A DNA stretch of 64,000 nucleotides from the human T2T-CHM13v2.0 reference genome, Homo sapiens: assembly GCF_009914755.1 (NCBI RefSeq), contig NC_060927.1; one strand, written 5' to 3'. Shown here piece by piece: positions 12,801 to 27,746 of this stretch. A program made the position numbers and the translations under genes. The notes under the pieces are model-generated. The model had not been told where the DNA came from. It saw only the letters and a list, made by a program, of their open reading frames with translations, and ran no database searches. The stretch's first letter is position 1; each line of letters starts with the position of its first letter.

Positions 12801-15800
12801 CCCCTTTAACCACTGAGATCCATTCAGGCTCTACATTATACGTAGCTTCCATACTACGATATGAGGCCTCCATTTTTGTGAGAATAAGATGCCTTCACTT
12901 CATCCCTGAGATCAGAGGTTATGTGCAATCAGTAACTGAATCCCCTTCAAGGTGGAGCCCTGCCACACTGTCCGAAAGACTTTAGACGGGACAGTTAGAG
13001 AAACAAATTACAGTCCCTTCTGCTGCAGCTGACCGTGAGGCAGTAATTGATACACATCTTCTATCACTCATTTTAGGTTTTCTTCACCAGTTTTGTTTTT
13101 TTTTTTTTTTTTGCCAGCTTGTGTTGCTTGCCTGCTGAAATAAAATATGACTTATGTCCCTCAAATGTCTGAGCCCTTAGTTGCCTTGCTGTTGTTGATC
13201 CATGGTTGTTGAAATATCCCATTTATTGTAACCGCTGGCTATGGAAGCACCACGAGATACCCCAGTGAATCTCTCAAGTTCTGGACATATTTCTTCTTCC
13301 CCCATTGTGTAGCTGCAGTCTTTGCTTCTTGTGGTGGTCCAGATTGAATATTCCTAGCAGTAACCTGACTCCCTTTTTTCTACTGATGTACTGGCTTGAG
13401 GAATTCAAAGTATCCCAGCAGTATAGTCAGATCTTCAAGTTTATTGGAACTCTTACATGTCCACTGGTGGAAACAATCACCCCTTAACCCCATCTGGAAG
13501 TCAGAACCTCTACCTTAGTAGAGATGAAAGTAGGATGGGTAGAAAACACAAGTTTCACAAAGTCAACCCTACTGTCATCCTTCAGTTCCCAGACCTAAGT
13601 ATTGAAGCTGTTTATAACACAGCACCCTGTAATGGCCATTGCTTCAATGCATATGCATATACCATACCCTGGAGGGCAGTGCTCCAACACTGCAGGAAGT
13701 CATCTTCAAGATGTCTCTTCAGCTGATATTTTTTAATAGGCTATTCTGCCTACCTATTGGGCCAGCTGTTATTTGTGAATGGAGTGTACGGTAAAGCAAA
13801 TGGATTCTAAGGGGATGTGCCCATTGTCATACTTCTTTAGTTATAAGATGGGTACTTTGGGCCTAAGACAGTGTTTGGTGGGATGCCATGTTGATAGATC
13901 AGTTATTTTATAAGCCCTGGAATGGTGGTGGTAGCAGAGGTATTGGGAGCTGGAACTAAATCCATGTTCAGATTAGGTATTAATTCTGTAAAGACAAATC
14001 ATTGCCACCCTGCCACCAACTCTTTTACTCCCTCTACCTCCCCACTCCCATGTAATCTTATGCCAAGTGATCGGTTTCCTTGAGTAATGATGTCATATTG
14101 AGTGGTTGTCATCAGTCTCTTTCATTGGCAGTTTACGCATTTAGCAATAGCTTTTCAACATTGGTGAGAGGAAGCACCTTGGCCACTCTATTATGGGCTC
14201 ACTATGTCAACTCTGTGGTGGCCCAAGTGGAAGGCTGGCTGACAGCCATAGAATAAAGTATCCTATTCACCTCATTGTTGATATTAGACAACACACATGT
14301 TGACATGCTCCATTTTGGTAGATACCTCCTGGTAGTTATTGTGAGACACACAAATGCCCCTGATTTGTGCCCAATTCATTTTTCCAGACCTCCTTATCAC
14401 ATCATCTTTCACTGTTGTTTTCTAGGCCCCTGATCAAACAGCCAGACACCATTTACCACTGCCAATGAATCAGAGTATATCTGTAGCTCAGGTCATTTCT
14501 CCCTCCATTTGAAATGGATGACCACCACATATACTGCTCCGGTTGTTCTCATCTGCCAAACTTCTTTTACCACAGTTCTTTAGGTCTGCTCCTGAATAAG
14601 GCTGCAGTGCAACAGCAGTTCATATTTGGCTAGATCGGAAATCCTTTTTGCCTTGACAGTTGGTCATGAAGGAGAAAGGCGTTAGTGATGTGGGAGTCTG
14701 AGTTACCTGTGAATGTAATTTTTTCATGCCTCCTGAATGTGCCTGTGCCTAATCCCAAATATACCATTTCCATCATACAACGGGTTGTTTCTCTGCCCGT
14801 CTTGCTACTCAGTGGGTACTTTAAGTCACAGACTTATTTGTTGGCACATAGTGAGGCATGCAAATTCTCTTAGGGCCCTGTAACATACTAGGATTTGTTT
14901 TTCTAGCAGAAAGTTCTTCTCTGCCACTGAACCCCAAGGATCAGCATTGTGACTTCTCTTTTGGTGCTTGCCAGAGACTCCACAGCATTTTTATCCGTCA
15001 ATGATAGGTCTTCAGCCTGGGGGAACAGAGAGAGACCCCATTTCTTAAACAGAGAAAAAAAATAGGTCTTGTACCATGAGATCCATTGGTCACAGATGCA
15101 CCATAGCTGGGACCTGCTACAGAGTCTTCTTTATCACACTCGGTCACTCTTGAAACTGGCATCCTTCGGGGTCTCTGATAAATGGATCAAAACGGTGTTA
15201 AAAGTACTGCATATAAATATACAGCCTCCAGGATCAAAGAAGGTCCACCTTTTTCTTAACAGTAGATTTGAGAGATGCAAAAACTTGTTTACCTTAAAGA
15301 GGATGTTCTCAGCATGGCCTGGAGCCCTGAACTCCTTAAAAAGTTTGGCAGTGTGTGCCCATAACCCTTAATTTTTGTGAAATGTCTGCTATGTGTATTT
15401 TACTTAAGCTGGCTAGGGTACTTTCCATTTTGTGCTAACCAGATGCAGTTAGTATGCTATCATGAATATAATGGAATGTGAAGATATCCCGGCTGACTGA
15501 ATTTTGAGTGAGATCGTAAGAGTTAACATTGCCCTGGGGAAGGATATTATGGTCTCTTTGCCATTGTGAAAGTTACCTGCCTTTCATCTTCCCTACTGAT
15601 AGGGACTGAGAAGAAAGCATTCACCATATCAGTAGCTGAGTACCAAATTGATACCATATCTGGCATGCCAGTTACTACTGGGGATTCTACCAGTTTAAGG
15701 TTACAGTTATTCATTATCCGTCTGTTTGGTTTTTTTTTTTTTTTTTTTTTATCCGTAGGGTCATAAAAGGTATAGAAAGAGAATATGGTGAGGACCACCA

Positions 15801-16012
15801 CCCCTGCATCTTTAAGTCTTTGATAGTGCTCTTCTCTGTAGTTCCCGAGACTTGGGTCAAAACTTTATTAATTAATTGGCCTCCATAAACCCTCACTCTG
15901 ACCAGAAGAGCGTGCTGGCATTTCAGGTCCCCCAGTATTGGTGTAGTTTAGAACTCAATTGTAATAGGCCTCAAAAAGTTTGGGATTTCCCTTTCCCCAG
16001 TGCAGTTATCCA
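12801..16012 (-). mobile_element. Degenerate ERVL internal region (ERV3-16A3_I-like; pro/pol remnants)
   Basis: Minus ORF fragments contain WYSATDMVNAFFSVPISREDERQVTFT (cf. ERVL RT WYAAIDLANAFFSIP...QFAFT) and RVYGGQLINKVLTQV/TIKDLK. Many stops and frameshifts; 5' part lost. Confidence 0.8.
15013..15061 (+). mobile_element. Extremely 5'-truncated Alu inside the ERVL pol
   Basis: CAGCCTGGGGGAACAGAGAGAGACCCCATTTC plus A tail, flanked by perfect 9-bp TSD ATAGGTCTT (15004-15012, 15062-15070). Confidence 0.8.
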
Positions 16013-16019
16013 TGCAAAA

Positions 16020-16320
16020 CAGTCCTTACATGCTGTTTCCTCTGCCTGACACATTTCATTCTCCCTGCTTTCCTTAGGTATTATCTGATTTCCCTGACTA
16101 GGTCAGATCAGCCATATGTTACTAAATGATGTGCATCTTTTTTTCAGTACTTACAACAGTAGTAGTTTTATATTAATTTTCTGTGTTTATTTAATTAATG
16201 CCAGTCTCTATGTAAGTTCCCTGAGAGTAGTGTCATTACCTGTTTGTGCACTGCCCTGTCCCTTGGTGCCTGTGTCACATATTAGGTGATTAATAACTAT
16301 TTGAGGAATGAATAGTTAGA
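16020..16320. mobile_element. L2 3' region (continues the L2 at ~12000-12289)
   Basis: TGTAAGTTCCCTGAGAGTAG...TGGTGCCTGTGTCACATATTAGGTGATTAATAACTATTTGAGGAATGAAT is a typical L2 tail. Confidence 0.65.
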
Positions 16321-16375
16321 TGGGTGAAAGGAAGTGAAAGAAAAGCATTTTGTCCCAACATCAGGAGCCCTGTTA

Positions 16376-16888
16376 TTGTATCTCATCAGTTCTAAGAAGC
16401 CTATTTTTACATATTTTAACCTTTCTGATATCAATTACTTTGGGACAAGTAGTTATTGTGAGTTAGTTGTAGTTATGCATTCTTTAAAAATCTTGCAAAA
16501 AGAATGTCAGCAGTTTGGAAGAAAATTCCAGGGGCAGTTGTGGAGAGAAATTTCAAGATACACTACCTCAACAATGCTCTTGATGGCACAAAGGACTACA
16601 TTTTGTGGAAAAACAATTATCTCTGAGCTGAAAAATGATTCAGAAGAATTAAACTCCAAGTGTGAAGAAGTTTTAGTAATTCTTTTTTTGTTCATGTAAT
16701 CCTTTCTTTGTGCTCAAGTGTGATATATAGCAAACATGACTGTTACACTTATCAAGAGACCCCTTTCAAGAAGAGTAATATAATTTTTGTGTGATAAGAA
16801 ATCACTATATTACAGCCTAATTTAGTGAGCTTTTCTCAGTGGTTTGTAAAGTGATGGTGCACCTTATTTTATAGTCAATGAAATATGG
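16376..16888 (+). mobile_element. Kanga/MER104-like TcMar-Tc2 deletion derivative
   Basis: TA-flanked TIRs TTGTATCTCATCAG...GTCAATGAAATATGG. 16501-16620 translates RMSAVWKKIPGAVVERNFKIHYLNNALDGTKDYILW, the pogo/Tc2 DDE transposase C-terminal motif. Confidence 0.75.
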
Positions 16889-18887
16889 TATTACATGGTT
16901 GTCTTCAGAGCCTTTATTAACATTCATGGCATTTTGTGTGAATTAGAAAAATGTATTCCTTTCTGCAGGCCAAAACAGCCTTGCAGCTGCATGTGAGGAA
17001 GAAAGGTTATTAGGAAACTTTGACAGTATAGCAAAGTAAATATAAAATCAATGTTCAGAGGAGTAAGTTTCTGTTTTTAAAAATTATCTCTTTAATTAAA
17101 GGCAGTATTTTTTTTTCTAATGGATAAGCCAGTTGTGAAGAAGTTTTTATCTGTGGATATCAGGGTCTTTTAGGGTAGACAGGAAGTCTAACAGAGTTTA
17201 ATTTTGACTGAGTCTGTCGAGGTTAGTGACCCCGTAATCTTTTCAGAATGAAGCTCTTGCCACGAAGCCTTCCAGTTCCACCCCTAGGAACTTAGGTCAA
17301 CTCCTGAAAGGCATTTCTGTTTTTGATGTTTGATGTAAATCTTTATTCTTACATCTTTGGCAATGTTTTTGTTTGACCATATACTCTGGAACTACTTTTC
17401 ACACTGATAGTGTCAAAAATTTAATTTTCACAACTAGCAGCAGGTAAGCCTAACTTACCCATGTTATGGAGATTTGGAATACTATTAGGAATAGTCTACT
17501 AAGTTAGTATTTTTTAATACATGACCTAATATGAGGATTCTGATTGGAAGCTAATTGGGAATGATATTAGTTCCTGTCGTGAAAGTATTTCAACTTTTAC
17601 AGTAACATTAAATACTTGGGATCTAGATATTTTCTATTTAAAATAAATTTCTCTCACCAATTGGAGGGTGATAATTTGTAATTCAAATGTGTTACCTAAT
17701 TTTGTATAAAATACCTTTTCCTGGTTATGTTTCCTTTCTTTATCCTCATCTTTCTTGTAATGTAGACAGAAAAGTGCAGTTTGTAGTAAGCTGACCTCTG
17801 AATTGCTCTTTGGGAGCGTAGTTACAAGGGATTAAAGGGGCCCTCTGCAACTCCAGAGATTAGGAGATTAAGTCAGGCAGATCCAGGATCTCTGGTACCT
17901 GGTGGGAAAAATAATGTCACAAATTTTAGTGCACAGTTCCATCTGTTTACTTCTTCTGTCTCCTTTCTTGGAGTTCACCACAAACTTATATTTTCTGGTT
18001 TTTCAATGGCTTTTAGAAATGTAATATCCATCATCCATAGAGTTCTATTGAATTGCCCTCTTACCTAACAGCCCAAAGGTATACTATGGCATGCCATTGT
18101 AAGTATACTAGCAGAAAGAGTTTAAACTGGAAAAATTTAGGGTAACTCTTATGGCATTACAGAACGTCAGTAGGAATACACCTATCACTTTCCATTGAAC
18201 TGTGTGTGCTGCAGCCCAAACAATGAAAATGCTCATTTTGTAGAAGTGAAAACATTTGGTAAGTGTAAGGGGGATTTTTATTGTTAGCCACATTTTTAGA
18301 TATCAACAGACTGCTTACATGGATTTCTTAAAAATTTTTTGGAGAATAAAACAACAGATCTTTGTTTCCATTGACCATTACATCATCATTATTTTAGTAC
18401 CAAATCTCAGAATGTTCACAAGAAGTAACTGGATGGAATTTAAATATTTGCTTCTTATTTTCAACTCTGATTTTAAAAATTCGGATGGGGTAAGAATGAG
18501 AAGCTGTGGAACTTGGTGAGGTTTTTGTTATATCTGATTACATTTGCTCTTTTCACCACTGTCTGTTACTGATAATTAAAAGACAATTATCCTTATTTTT
18601 TATCCTGATTGGAAAAACCATTATCTGGTTCAATCTAATCTTTTCAGCATTTAATAAGATTGAAAATTCTTATGACAGTTCTGGTAATACTGCAGGTGAT
18701 TTTTTCCTAGGGGACTCAGGGGCAGACAGAATCAATCACACATCATGATTCATCAGTTCTAAAAACTTATCTCATATAATTCTGTTTTGAATTAACTAAA
18801 TAATCCAGTAAGCAGTGTTTTTAATATCTCAACGGGGAAAAGTTTTAAAGCTGGCTAACAATGAAATTTCCCATTTTTCACTGGCAG

Positions 18888-19018
18888 AAACCCCAGCCCT
18901 ATAATGGGGAAGGTCCCACCAGTGCGGAGGCCCCACATGGGGACCCCTCCCCCTAGTGAGGAAATGTACCCCTGAAGAGGCATCCTCCTGGCCACTGGGC
19001 CCACTGCTACCCTGCCAC
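18888..19018 (+). other. Candidate 131-nt GC-rich exon (non-coding or poison)
   Basis: Branch point CTAAC (18855-18859), TTTCCCATTTTTCACTGGCAG acceptor and CAC|GTGAGT donor. GC-rich against AT-rich flanks, with stops in all three frames. Confidence 0.4.
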
Positions 19019-19275
19019 GTGAGTACAGCAATGGCTTTGAGGACCTCAGCAATTTTTTCATTTATTGGTGGCCATTTGTCTGTTATGGGAATTGGCCAGG
19101 CCGTCTTCCTTTTCATCCCTTAAACATTTCAGAAAATGAGATAAAAGCCTGCTTTTATCCCCTTGCTTCTTTTTTGCAAGTTTAATAAAAAGAATTTGTT
19201 TGGATAAAGAGGTTAGGACTATTGGGTAGAACTCAGTTAAGTGTGATTAGTGAAACAATCTGTTCATATCTAGAG

Positions 19276-19468
19276 CAGTACTTTTCAGTACAACTTTCTG
19301 CACTGATGGAAATGTTCTCTCTCTGTGCTTCCAACATTGTAACACTAACCTCATGTGGCTACTGAGTCCTTGACGTGTGGTTCTAGTACAACTGAAGAAT
19401 TTAATTTTAATTAATTTTAATTAATTTTGCTACATGTGGCTAGTGGCTACTAAATGGGGCAGTTCATG
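19276..19468. mobile_element. MER3 (hAT-Charlie)
   Basis: AACTTTCTGCACTGATGGAAATGTTCT...CTACATGTGGCTAGTGGCTAC. Flanked by ATCTAGAG/GTCTATAT targets. Confidence 0.8.
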
Positions 19469-20039
19469 TCTATATTTAATGCTGTGTGCCTCTTTTAACA
19501 TTGCTATAGATACACCTCTTTACCTCTTTCATTATCATCTCAGAAAAATTTGCCTTGTATTATATTACTAGAAATATGATTCTTTAAAAGTGAGGAAATA
19601 AATTAAGAATTCTGATATCAAAATGTATTCACCAACATTGCCCTTATGTAGTTTTAGTTACCTTATGATATTAAGAAAATTTATTTAATTTTAAAATTAT
19701 GAAGTATCTATTTAAATATTCCGGCTTTATTTTCTACTTTACGTTTTAATTTGCAACTTAATATGTATATAGAAGTAATTACACACATTAAAATAACTTT
19801 TTCATTTTATTTCTTTTTAATGAGAATATAAAACACCTTACATTAGTATAGTATGTGCAGTGCTATTACTAAAACAATAAATTTAGCACTTACTAATTAT
19901 AATATGGTATTTACAAGTTTCAAAGTTTTATTCCAGTAGGTGGGTTACTGAAATTACAGATTAATTAAATTTGTAGTTTTACTGGCTGAGAATAAATGAC
20001 TTTCCACTATTGAGCTATCACTAAAAGTTGCTGACATCA

Positions 20040-20147
20040 TAAAATGTTAATAAGAGAAACTTCTTGGAAGATTTGGGAACTTTTTGTACTATCTTTGCAA
20101 TTTTTCTGTAAATCTGCAACTATTGTAAAACTTTTTAAATGTTTATT
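20040..20147 (+). mobile_element. Old L1M 3'-end fragment
   Basis: GGGAACTTTTTGTACTATCTTTGCAATTTTTCTGTAAATCT matches the L1MC/MD-type 3' terminus. Confidence 0.6.
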
Positions 20148-20262
20148 AACTGGGCACGGTGGTGCACACTTGTATTGGAGGCTGAGGTGGGAGGATCCGT
20201 TGAGCCCAGGAGTTTGAGTTTAGCCTGAGCAACATAGCCTCTCCTCTTAAAAGCAAATAAAT
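20148..20262 (+). mobile_element. FLAM-like Alu monomer with internal deletion
   Basis: CTGGGCACGGTGGTGCACACTTGTA...GAGGCTGAGGTGGGAGGATC...GCAACATAG. Confidence 0.75.
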
Positions 20263-20374
20263 AATTTTTTTTGAAAAATTGCTCATGTCAAATTTGTCCT
20301 GCTATCCATTTAGATTCATTAATTTAGCTGTATATGCATCTAAAATAAGAATTCTTAGATCAGTAATAGAGGTA

Positions 20375-20575
20375 GTACTTACCTAAGTCTCATTACATGG
20401 CATCCTCGAAACATCCTGAGCAATACTTATAATTTTACAGATGAGGAGGCTGAGGCATGGAATAAAGAGTAATTTGAGCAGGGTTGCTGAGCTGATCGGT
20501 GTGGCAGGTCTGCAATTGATAGCCAGGAAATTTAGGTCTTCAGTGAGCGCTTCTGACGACTATACCGTGTTATCT
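20375..20575. mobile_element. MIR
   Basis: ATTTTACAGATGAGGAGGCTGAGGCA core. Confidence 0.65.
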
Positions 20576-23500
20576 CTTAAGGAGTCTTGATTATGTAATG
20601 TAAGATTTTGTCTCTCTGCTATCAGTGTAGTAAGATGTACTTTTTGCTATAAGAAATCCAAAATAAGCTAATATCCTGGTAATAAAGTACTTTTACAACA
20701 TGAAAAGTATAGAGGTATGCTTTATTTCTATTTCAGTAATTCAAACTTGATTCTCATACAATCGTTAGTTATTTTTATGAGCGAGGAATATGTTCATAGT
20801 CTCTCAACAAGAAATCTCTATGTTGGTGGAGTTTTAAAAAATATATTTATGCTTCCCTAAGATAGTGGCCAAGTTTGAAAAAAATAGAGCAGTACCTAAA
20901 GGGTAAGAGGGATGGATGTTGTTGCTTATCTCATAAAGATAAATTTTTATCATTTTTATTGAATTATTACAGGGTTGTTTTACCATCAACCTGTTAATGT
21001 TATTCTTACTGGAAATTAAATTATAGAGATTTAATTGTTAAAATCTAAATATGGAAAAGGTTGGTGGTGAGTTTTCAACAATTCTTTGAGATGTTTTTCT
21101 GGGCTTTGGAGAGTATTTCTTTGGCTGAAAGTGGGGAAGAAAAAGGATGGAGTTACTTGCATAGTTCAAAAATTGTTGCAGCTGGAATATGTTAGTTCAT
21201 ATCCTCATTTAATGAATGTTCTATATCCACTGGTGAATTCACACTTTCAACAGCACGATATATCTAGCTACTGTGTGGATTTAAGGTCCTACATTTACTT
21301 GTCAGCAAGAGACACAGTAGGAAGTTCTTTAAGAAAATGTGAATCATAAACAGGTGCAATTTTTATACAGAATCTTTTTTTTTTCTGTTAGTGAGTAGAC
21401 TTTTGAACCAGCTGACAGTCCTCCATTGACTCTTCCAAAGTATTTGAATTTGGAACATGGTGTTTTCTTGATAAGAATGTATGTTTTGAATCTATATTAA
21501 AATTTTTGAGAGACTTTAGAAAGTTTAGTGTAAAAGTCGTGTTTATAAAATATGGGAATTCTAGTGCACACTGACCAGTTAAAATTTATATTCAGATTGT
21601 TGATTTAGAATAACACTGTAACTTGATCCTAGTTATAATCTTTATTAGGCTAGGTGATAACTGTTACCCAAATGGTTGAGTTGCTACTGCATAATTCTGT
21701 GTTGGTCAAAGATGAGAACAACTTTATCCCTGATGGGAGAAAGACATTTTAATGTTATCATTCTGTGAAAAGGAGGGTATGTCAGGAGGTCTGGTGAGGG
21801 CAGTAGGGAGGAAAAAGACTTGAAGGACCATAATTTACTACAAAATGCCTATGATCTAACAGAGTTAGGATGGACAAGTTCTTTTTATGCCGTCTCTTGA
21901 GTTCTGTTCTCCACAGCACGCTGGCACACCCCTTTACTCAAATAGCAACTATGTATTCTGGATTTCCTGGAACAGGCCAACTTTTTGGTATTTCATCCTG
22001 TTTTTCCCATAAGTGCACTAATACTGCTTAGACTCTATGTCCCATTTTTAATAGTATCCTTAGAAAAATAACTGCTCTTCAAAGTAAATGATAGGTAAAA
22101 TATTTTGGAGCATTTGGCAGTGGGGAAATAATAAGTATTCTTAAGGCTTAGGCACCGAAGTTTGAATGTGCCTTCCTATAACTGGCAAGTGCTACTTCTG
22201 GTAGAGTATCCTAATGGTTTAATATATACCATTTTAAATATGTCAGTTAAATCAACGTAGTTGTGGTGTTTTCAACTTATTTAAAATATTGAATTTTTTG
22301 TTAAAATGAGCAACTATTTTTTAATTCATCCATTTCCGTTGGAAACAATATGTTTGGAGGCTCTCCATTTGTTTCTGTTTTTTTTTGTGGTGAGGAAAGA
22401 AAAAAATACTTTATATCTTTAACCTGTTTTTTAAAAAGAAAGTTGGCATGAATATGTCTTAAGGGAAGTTAAACAGAATATATACCCAAAGTATTAACAA
22501 ATGAAAAACAAAGACTACAGTTTTAGCCTACTTTCTCTTTCCACATATTTCACTTCTCATTTAAAAATTGTATGCATCTTTGAAGACTAGAACTGAGGTG
22601 CTTACAACAGTGGTTTGAGGATATTTTAAAATCCCTTTTTATATATTTCTGAATCTGGAAAGGGAATCATTGATGATCTTAATAAAATATAAATCAAGAT
22701 ATTGCATATTAACGACTTTATAAAACAAACTGTGAATACATTTGTCATTATAGATTTTCCTAACCCTCTGCAACCAACAGAGCTTTCTTGTAGAGCAGTG
22801 TATTACAGCTTTCCTTTCAAAATGTATTTGTACATTGGCCAAGGAAGCATCTCTTCATTGTGAAGATGTTACAAATATCTTGATAGGGGAAGAAACTTTT
22901 TCTGAGCTTATTATAGTGGTGCTAGTTACCTTTTAAAGAAGATACACGTCTAGTAGTAAACACCTAGAATGTCTGCTATAAAATAACTTAAAGGTATAGT
23001 TTTCTATACTCTTTAATTTTACAGAAGGGAGGCAGCATTCTGAGATATTTGCATATTGTGTAAGATTATGTTGCTAAATGTAAGTATTTAATTTGTTAGA
23101 ATCATAGACTCCTAGAACTTGAGGAATAAGAGGAGACTTGTTTTACCTTTGTCAGTTTTGTTCTGTTTGAATTTTTAAGAAGCTAATGAATTTTTAGATC
23201 CCCATTAGTTGCTCTTTAAATTATTTTAATACTTTATAAACTGATTTTTTAAATTTTAACAGTACTTAAATGTAATAACTTTATACCATGTGTTTATTAG
23301 TTATTAACTTACAGTAGAAAATCTACTTGAAACAGCTTATTATTTTAAAAGAACAAAACGCTTTGAAAAAGAATGGTTTATTTTAAAAGGTGCCACCCAT
23401 GAATGCAATCCATATTTTAAAAGCTGAGAGTTGGGTAAGACCTTTAAGGGAGGTCTCATGTCTGAGCGCTTTCCATCTACCTGCTGAAGTCTGATTTAAG

Positions 23501-24465
23501 TCTCATCTGCTACCTTGTATCTTTAGTCTCATAAAGAACTTTAAGACAAAAATTATGGAATAAATTGCCAGAAAAGCTAAGAGAAGTTTTGCTTACAGTA
23601 CAAGAAATACCTCATATAACACAGACTGTGTTTCATCCTGCTAATGGGATAGCCCAACAGCTTTCTTCCATCCGTGTGTGATGTCTGGGTATGCCTATAT
23701 GAGAAATAATACGTGAATATGCACCTAGAATAACAGCTCTTTTAAAGTTTTGTTTGAACTAAGTGCAAGTTTGGCAAGATGCCATACTATTTTTTGATAG
23801 CATACAAATTCAAGCACTAAAATAAAAGACTACCTCCTGGTAAAGTGTTGTACAGTGTACTTCCTAATTTAGCTGAAGCTAAACTCAAAATTTGAACTTT
23901 GCATAGAAAATGTTAGGAATTTTTTTTGTCTGTTTACCTTACGTTTTGCAGTATTTTGTTTCTTTATGGGTGTATCCGAGATTATGAAAAGTCATTGAAG
24001 CCAAGTGTGGGGACTTGATCCCTAAGCAGAATTCACTGGATTATCATGTCTTCCTGCCTAACCCAGGTCTCTGCATGACAAGAATAGTTTTAATGCAGAT
24101 TTTGCTCTCTTCTCTTTCTGAGAGACCTGAAAAGTTTAGCTTTCCAAAGGCTTCCCTGCATGCGAGGTAAATAGATGGAGCAGAACTATCAACAATCTAT
24201 AATTAAGCAGCTTGACTACCTGTCAATAGGAAATGCCCTCTGTGTCTACCACACAAGTGAATTACAGGAACCTCAGAGATACTGCAGGTTCGGCTCGAGA
24301 CCACAGCAATAAAGCAGATGTTGCAACACAGTGAGTCACACAAATTTTTTGGTTTCCCAGTGCATCCAAAAATTATGTTTATACTGTATTGTAGCCAATT
24401 AAGTGTGCAGTGACTTTATGTCTAAAGAGGACAATGCATATACCTTAATAACAAGTACATTATTG

Positions 24466-24738
<273 letters not shown>

Positions 24739-25960
24739 AAACTTTATTACTGAAAGATCCTAACGATCATCTGAGCCTTTAGGGAGTCATAATCTTTTTG
24801 CTGGTGAAGGGTCTTTCCTTGATGTGGATGGCTGCTCACTGATCAAGGTGGTGGTTGCTGAAGGCTGGAGTAGCTGTGGTAATTTCTTACAATAAAACAA
24901 CGATGAAATTTGTTGCATCAGTTGACTCATCCTTTCACAAAAGATTTCTCTGTAGCATGAACAGTTGTTTGGCAGTATTTTACCCACAATGTAACTTCTT
25001 TCAAAATTGGAGTCAGTCCTCTCAAACTCTGCCACGGCTTTATCAACTGATATTATGTAATATTCTGAATCCTTTGTTGACATTGCAACAGTGTTCATAG
25101 CATCTTTACCAGGAGTAGATTCCATCTTAAGTAATCACTTTCTTTGCTTATTCCTAAGAAGCAACTCTTCATTTGTTCAAGTTTGATCATAAGATTGCAG
25201 CAAATCAATATCTTTAGGCTCCACTTATAATTCTAGTTCTCTTGCTATTTCTACCATCTTTGCAGTTACTTCCTCCATTGAAATCAAACCCCTCAAATCA
25301 TCCATGAGAGTTGGAATCAACTTCTATCAAGCTCCTATCAACTTGATATTTTGACCTCATCTCATGATCACGAATGTTCTTAATGGCGTCTAGAATGGTG
25401 AATCCATTCCACAAGATTTTCAGTTGACTTTGCCCAGATCCATCAGAGGAATCACTGCGAATGGGAGCTATTGCCTTACAAAATGTATTTCTTCAATAAT
25501 AACACTTGAAAGTCAAAATTACTCTTTGGTTTATGGGCTACAGAATGGTTGTTGAGTTAGCAGGTATGAAAGCAACATTCATCTCCTTATACATCTCCAC
25601 CAGAGCTCTTCGGTGACCAGGTGCATTGTCAGTGAGCAGTAGTGTTTTGAAGAGAATCTTGTTTTTGAACAGTAGGTCTCAACAGTGGACTTTAAAAATA
25701 TTCAGTAAACTGTGCAGTAAACAAGTGTGCTGTCATCGCAGCTTTATATAGCGTAGGTAAAGTTGATTTAGCATAATTATTTAAGGCCCTAGGATTTTTG
25801 GATTAGTAAGTGAGCATTGGCTTCAACTTAAATGTCACCATCTGCATTAGCCCCTAACAAGAGGGTCAGCCTGTCCTTTGAAGCTTTGAAGCCAGGAGCT
25901 GACTTCTCCTCTCTAGCTCGGAAAGTCCTAGATGGCCTCTTCTTCCAAAAGAAGGCTGTT

Positions 25961-26440
25961 TGTTACCCACACAATGGGTGGGTTTGATTGCTTGGTGGAT
26001 GACAGTCCATTTACCATAATCGAGGATTCAGCAAGGAGATTTTATTACTTGTAATAAGAAGAATGCTGAGGATAGTTCCCAAAGCAAAACCTTCCTGAAC
26101 AATGGTGAAAACAAGCTTTTATTGGGCTGGTTAACTGAGTCATTGTATGTTGAGGTGGAGTAAAGGCAGCACCCGAGCAGTCCCTGATGATGCTTCTATA
26201 TATGCTGCGTGTATAGAAAATGGGGGCTAAGCTTCTCTCTGGGCAGGGATTTTAGTATGCATTGAAGGGAGTTTGCCAAAGTTCATCTGCAACTGACGCA
26301 TCTCTAGATCCAACTGGTTTTTCTGGGGCTAAGCTTCTTCCTGGAAGTTTTTTTGAAATAACAAAAGCTCAAGGTATAACACTTACAAGTGAGTGCTTTT
26401 TCACAGTGGATACCCAAAAACCCAGGGACCCTAAGCTACA
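25961..26440 (-). mobile_element. Solo LTR (~480 bp, family uncertain) inserted in Tigger1
   Basis: TG...CA ends interrupt contiguous Tigger1 sequence GAAGGCTGTT|TTGTCTGCACTGAAAATC. Minus-strand AATAAA at ~26042-26047. Confidence 0.7.
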
Positions 26441-26512
26441 TTTTGTCTGCACTGAAAATCTAGTCTTAAATAGCCACCTTCATCAGTGATCTTAGCTAGA
26501 TATTCTGGATAA

Positions 26513-26950
<438 letters not shown>

Positions 26951-27235
26951 TGATCTATTCAGACCACTAAAACTTTCTTCATATCAGCAATAAAGCTCTT
27001 TCACTTTCTTATCATTCATGTGTTCACTGAAGTAGCACTTTTAATTTCATGCAAGAACTTCTCTTTTGCATTCACAACTTGGCTAACTGTTTTGCACAAG
27101 AGGTCTAGTTTTCTGCTTGTCTGGGCTGTCAGCATGGCTTCTTCATAGGCTTCATCATTGCTAGCTTTTGATTTAAAATGAGAGAGATGTGATTCTTCCT
27201 TTCATTTGAACACTTAGAGGCTATTGTAGACCTAA

Positions 27236-27746
<511 letters not shown>

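Noticed and set aside
15547-15896. Functional retroviral pol
   Set aside because: Only short motif-bearing fragments with deletions and a poly-T expansion.
16955-17070. 94-nt + strand exon (TTCTGCAG|...GGA|GTAAGT); also isolated acceptors at 50652 and 53400
   Set aside because: Stops in all frames or no good partner donor, and no compositional contrast. Such sites are common in long introns.
17420-17462. 6-nt microexon TAG|CAGCAG|GTAAGC with hairpin GGTAAG-CCTAA-CTTACC
   Set aside because: Weak pyrimidine tract and no upstream TGC enhancer motif typical of SRRM4 microexons. Chance is plausible.
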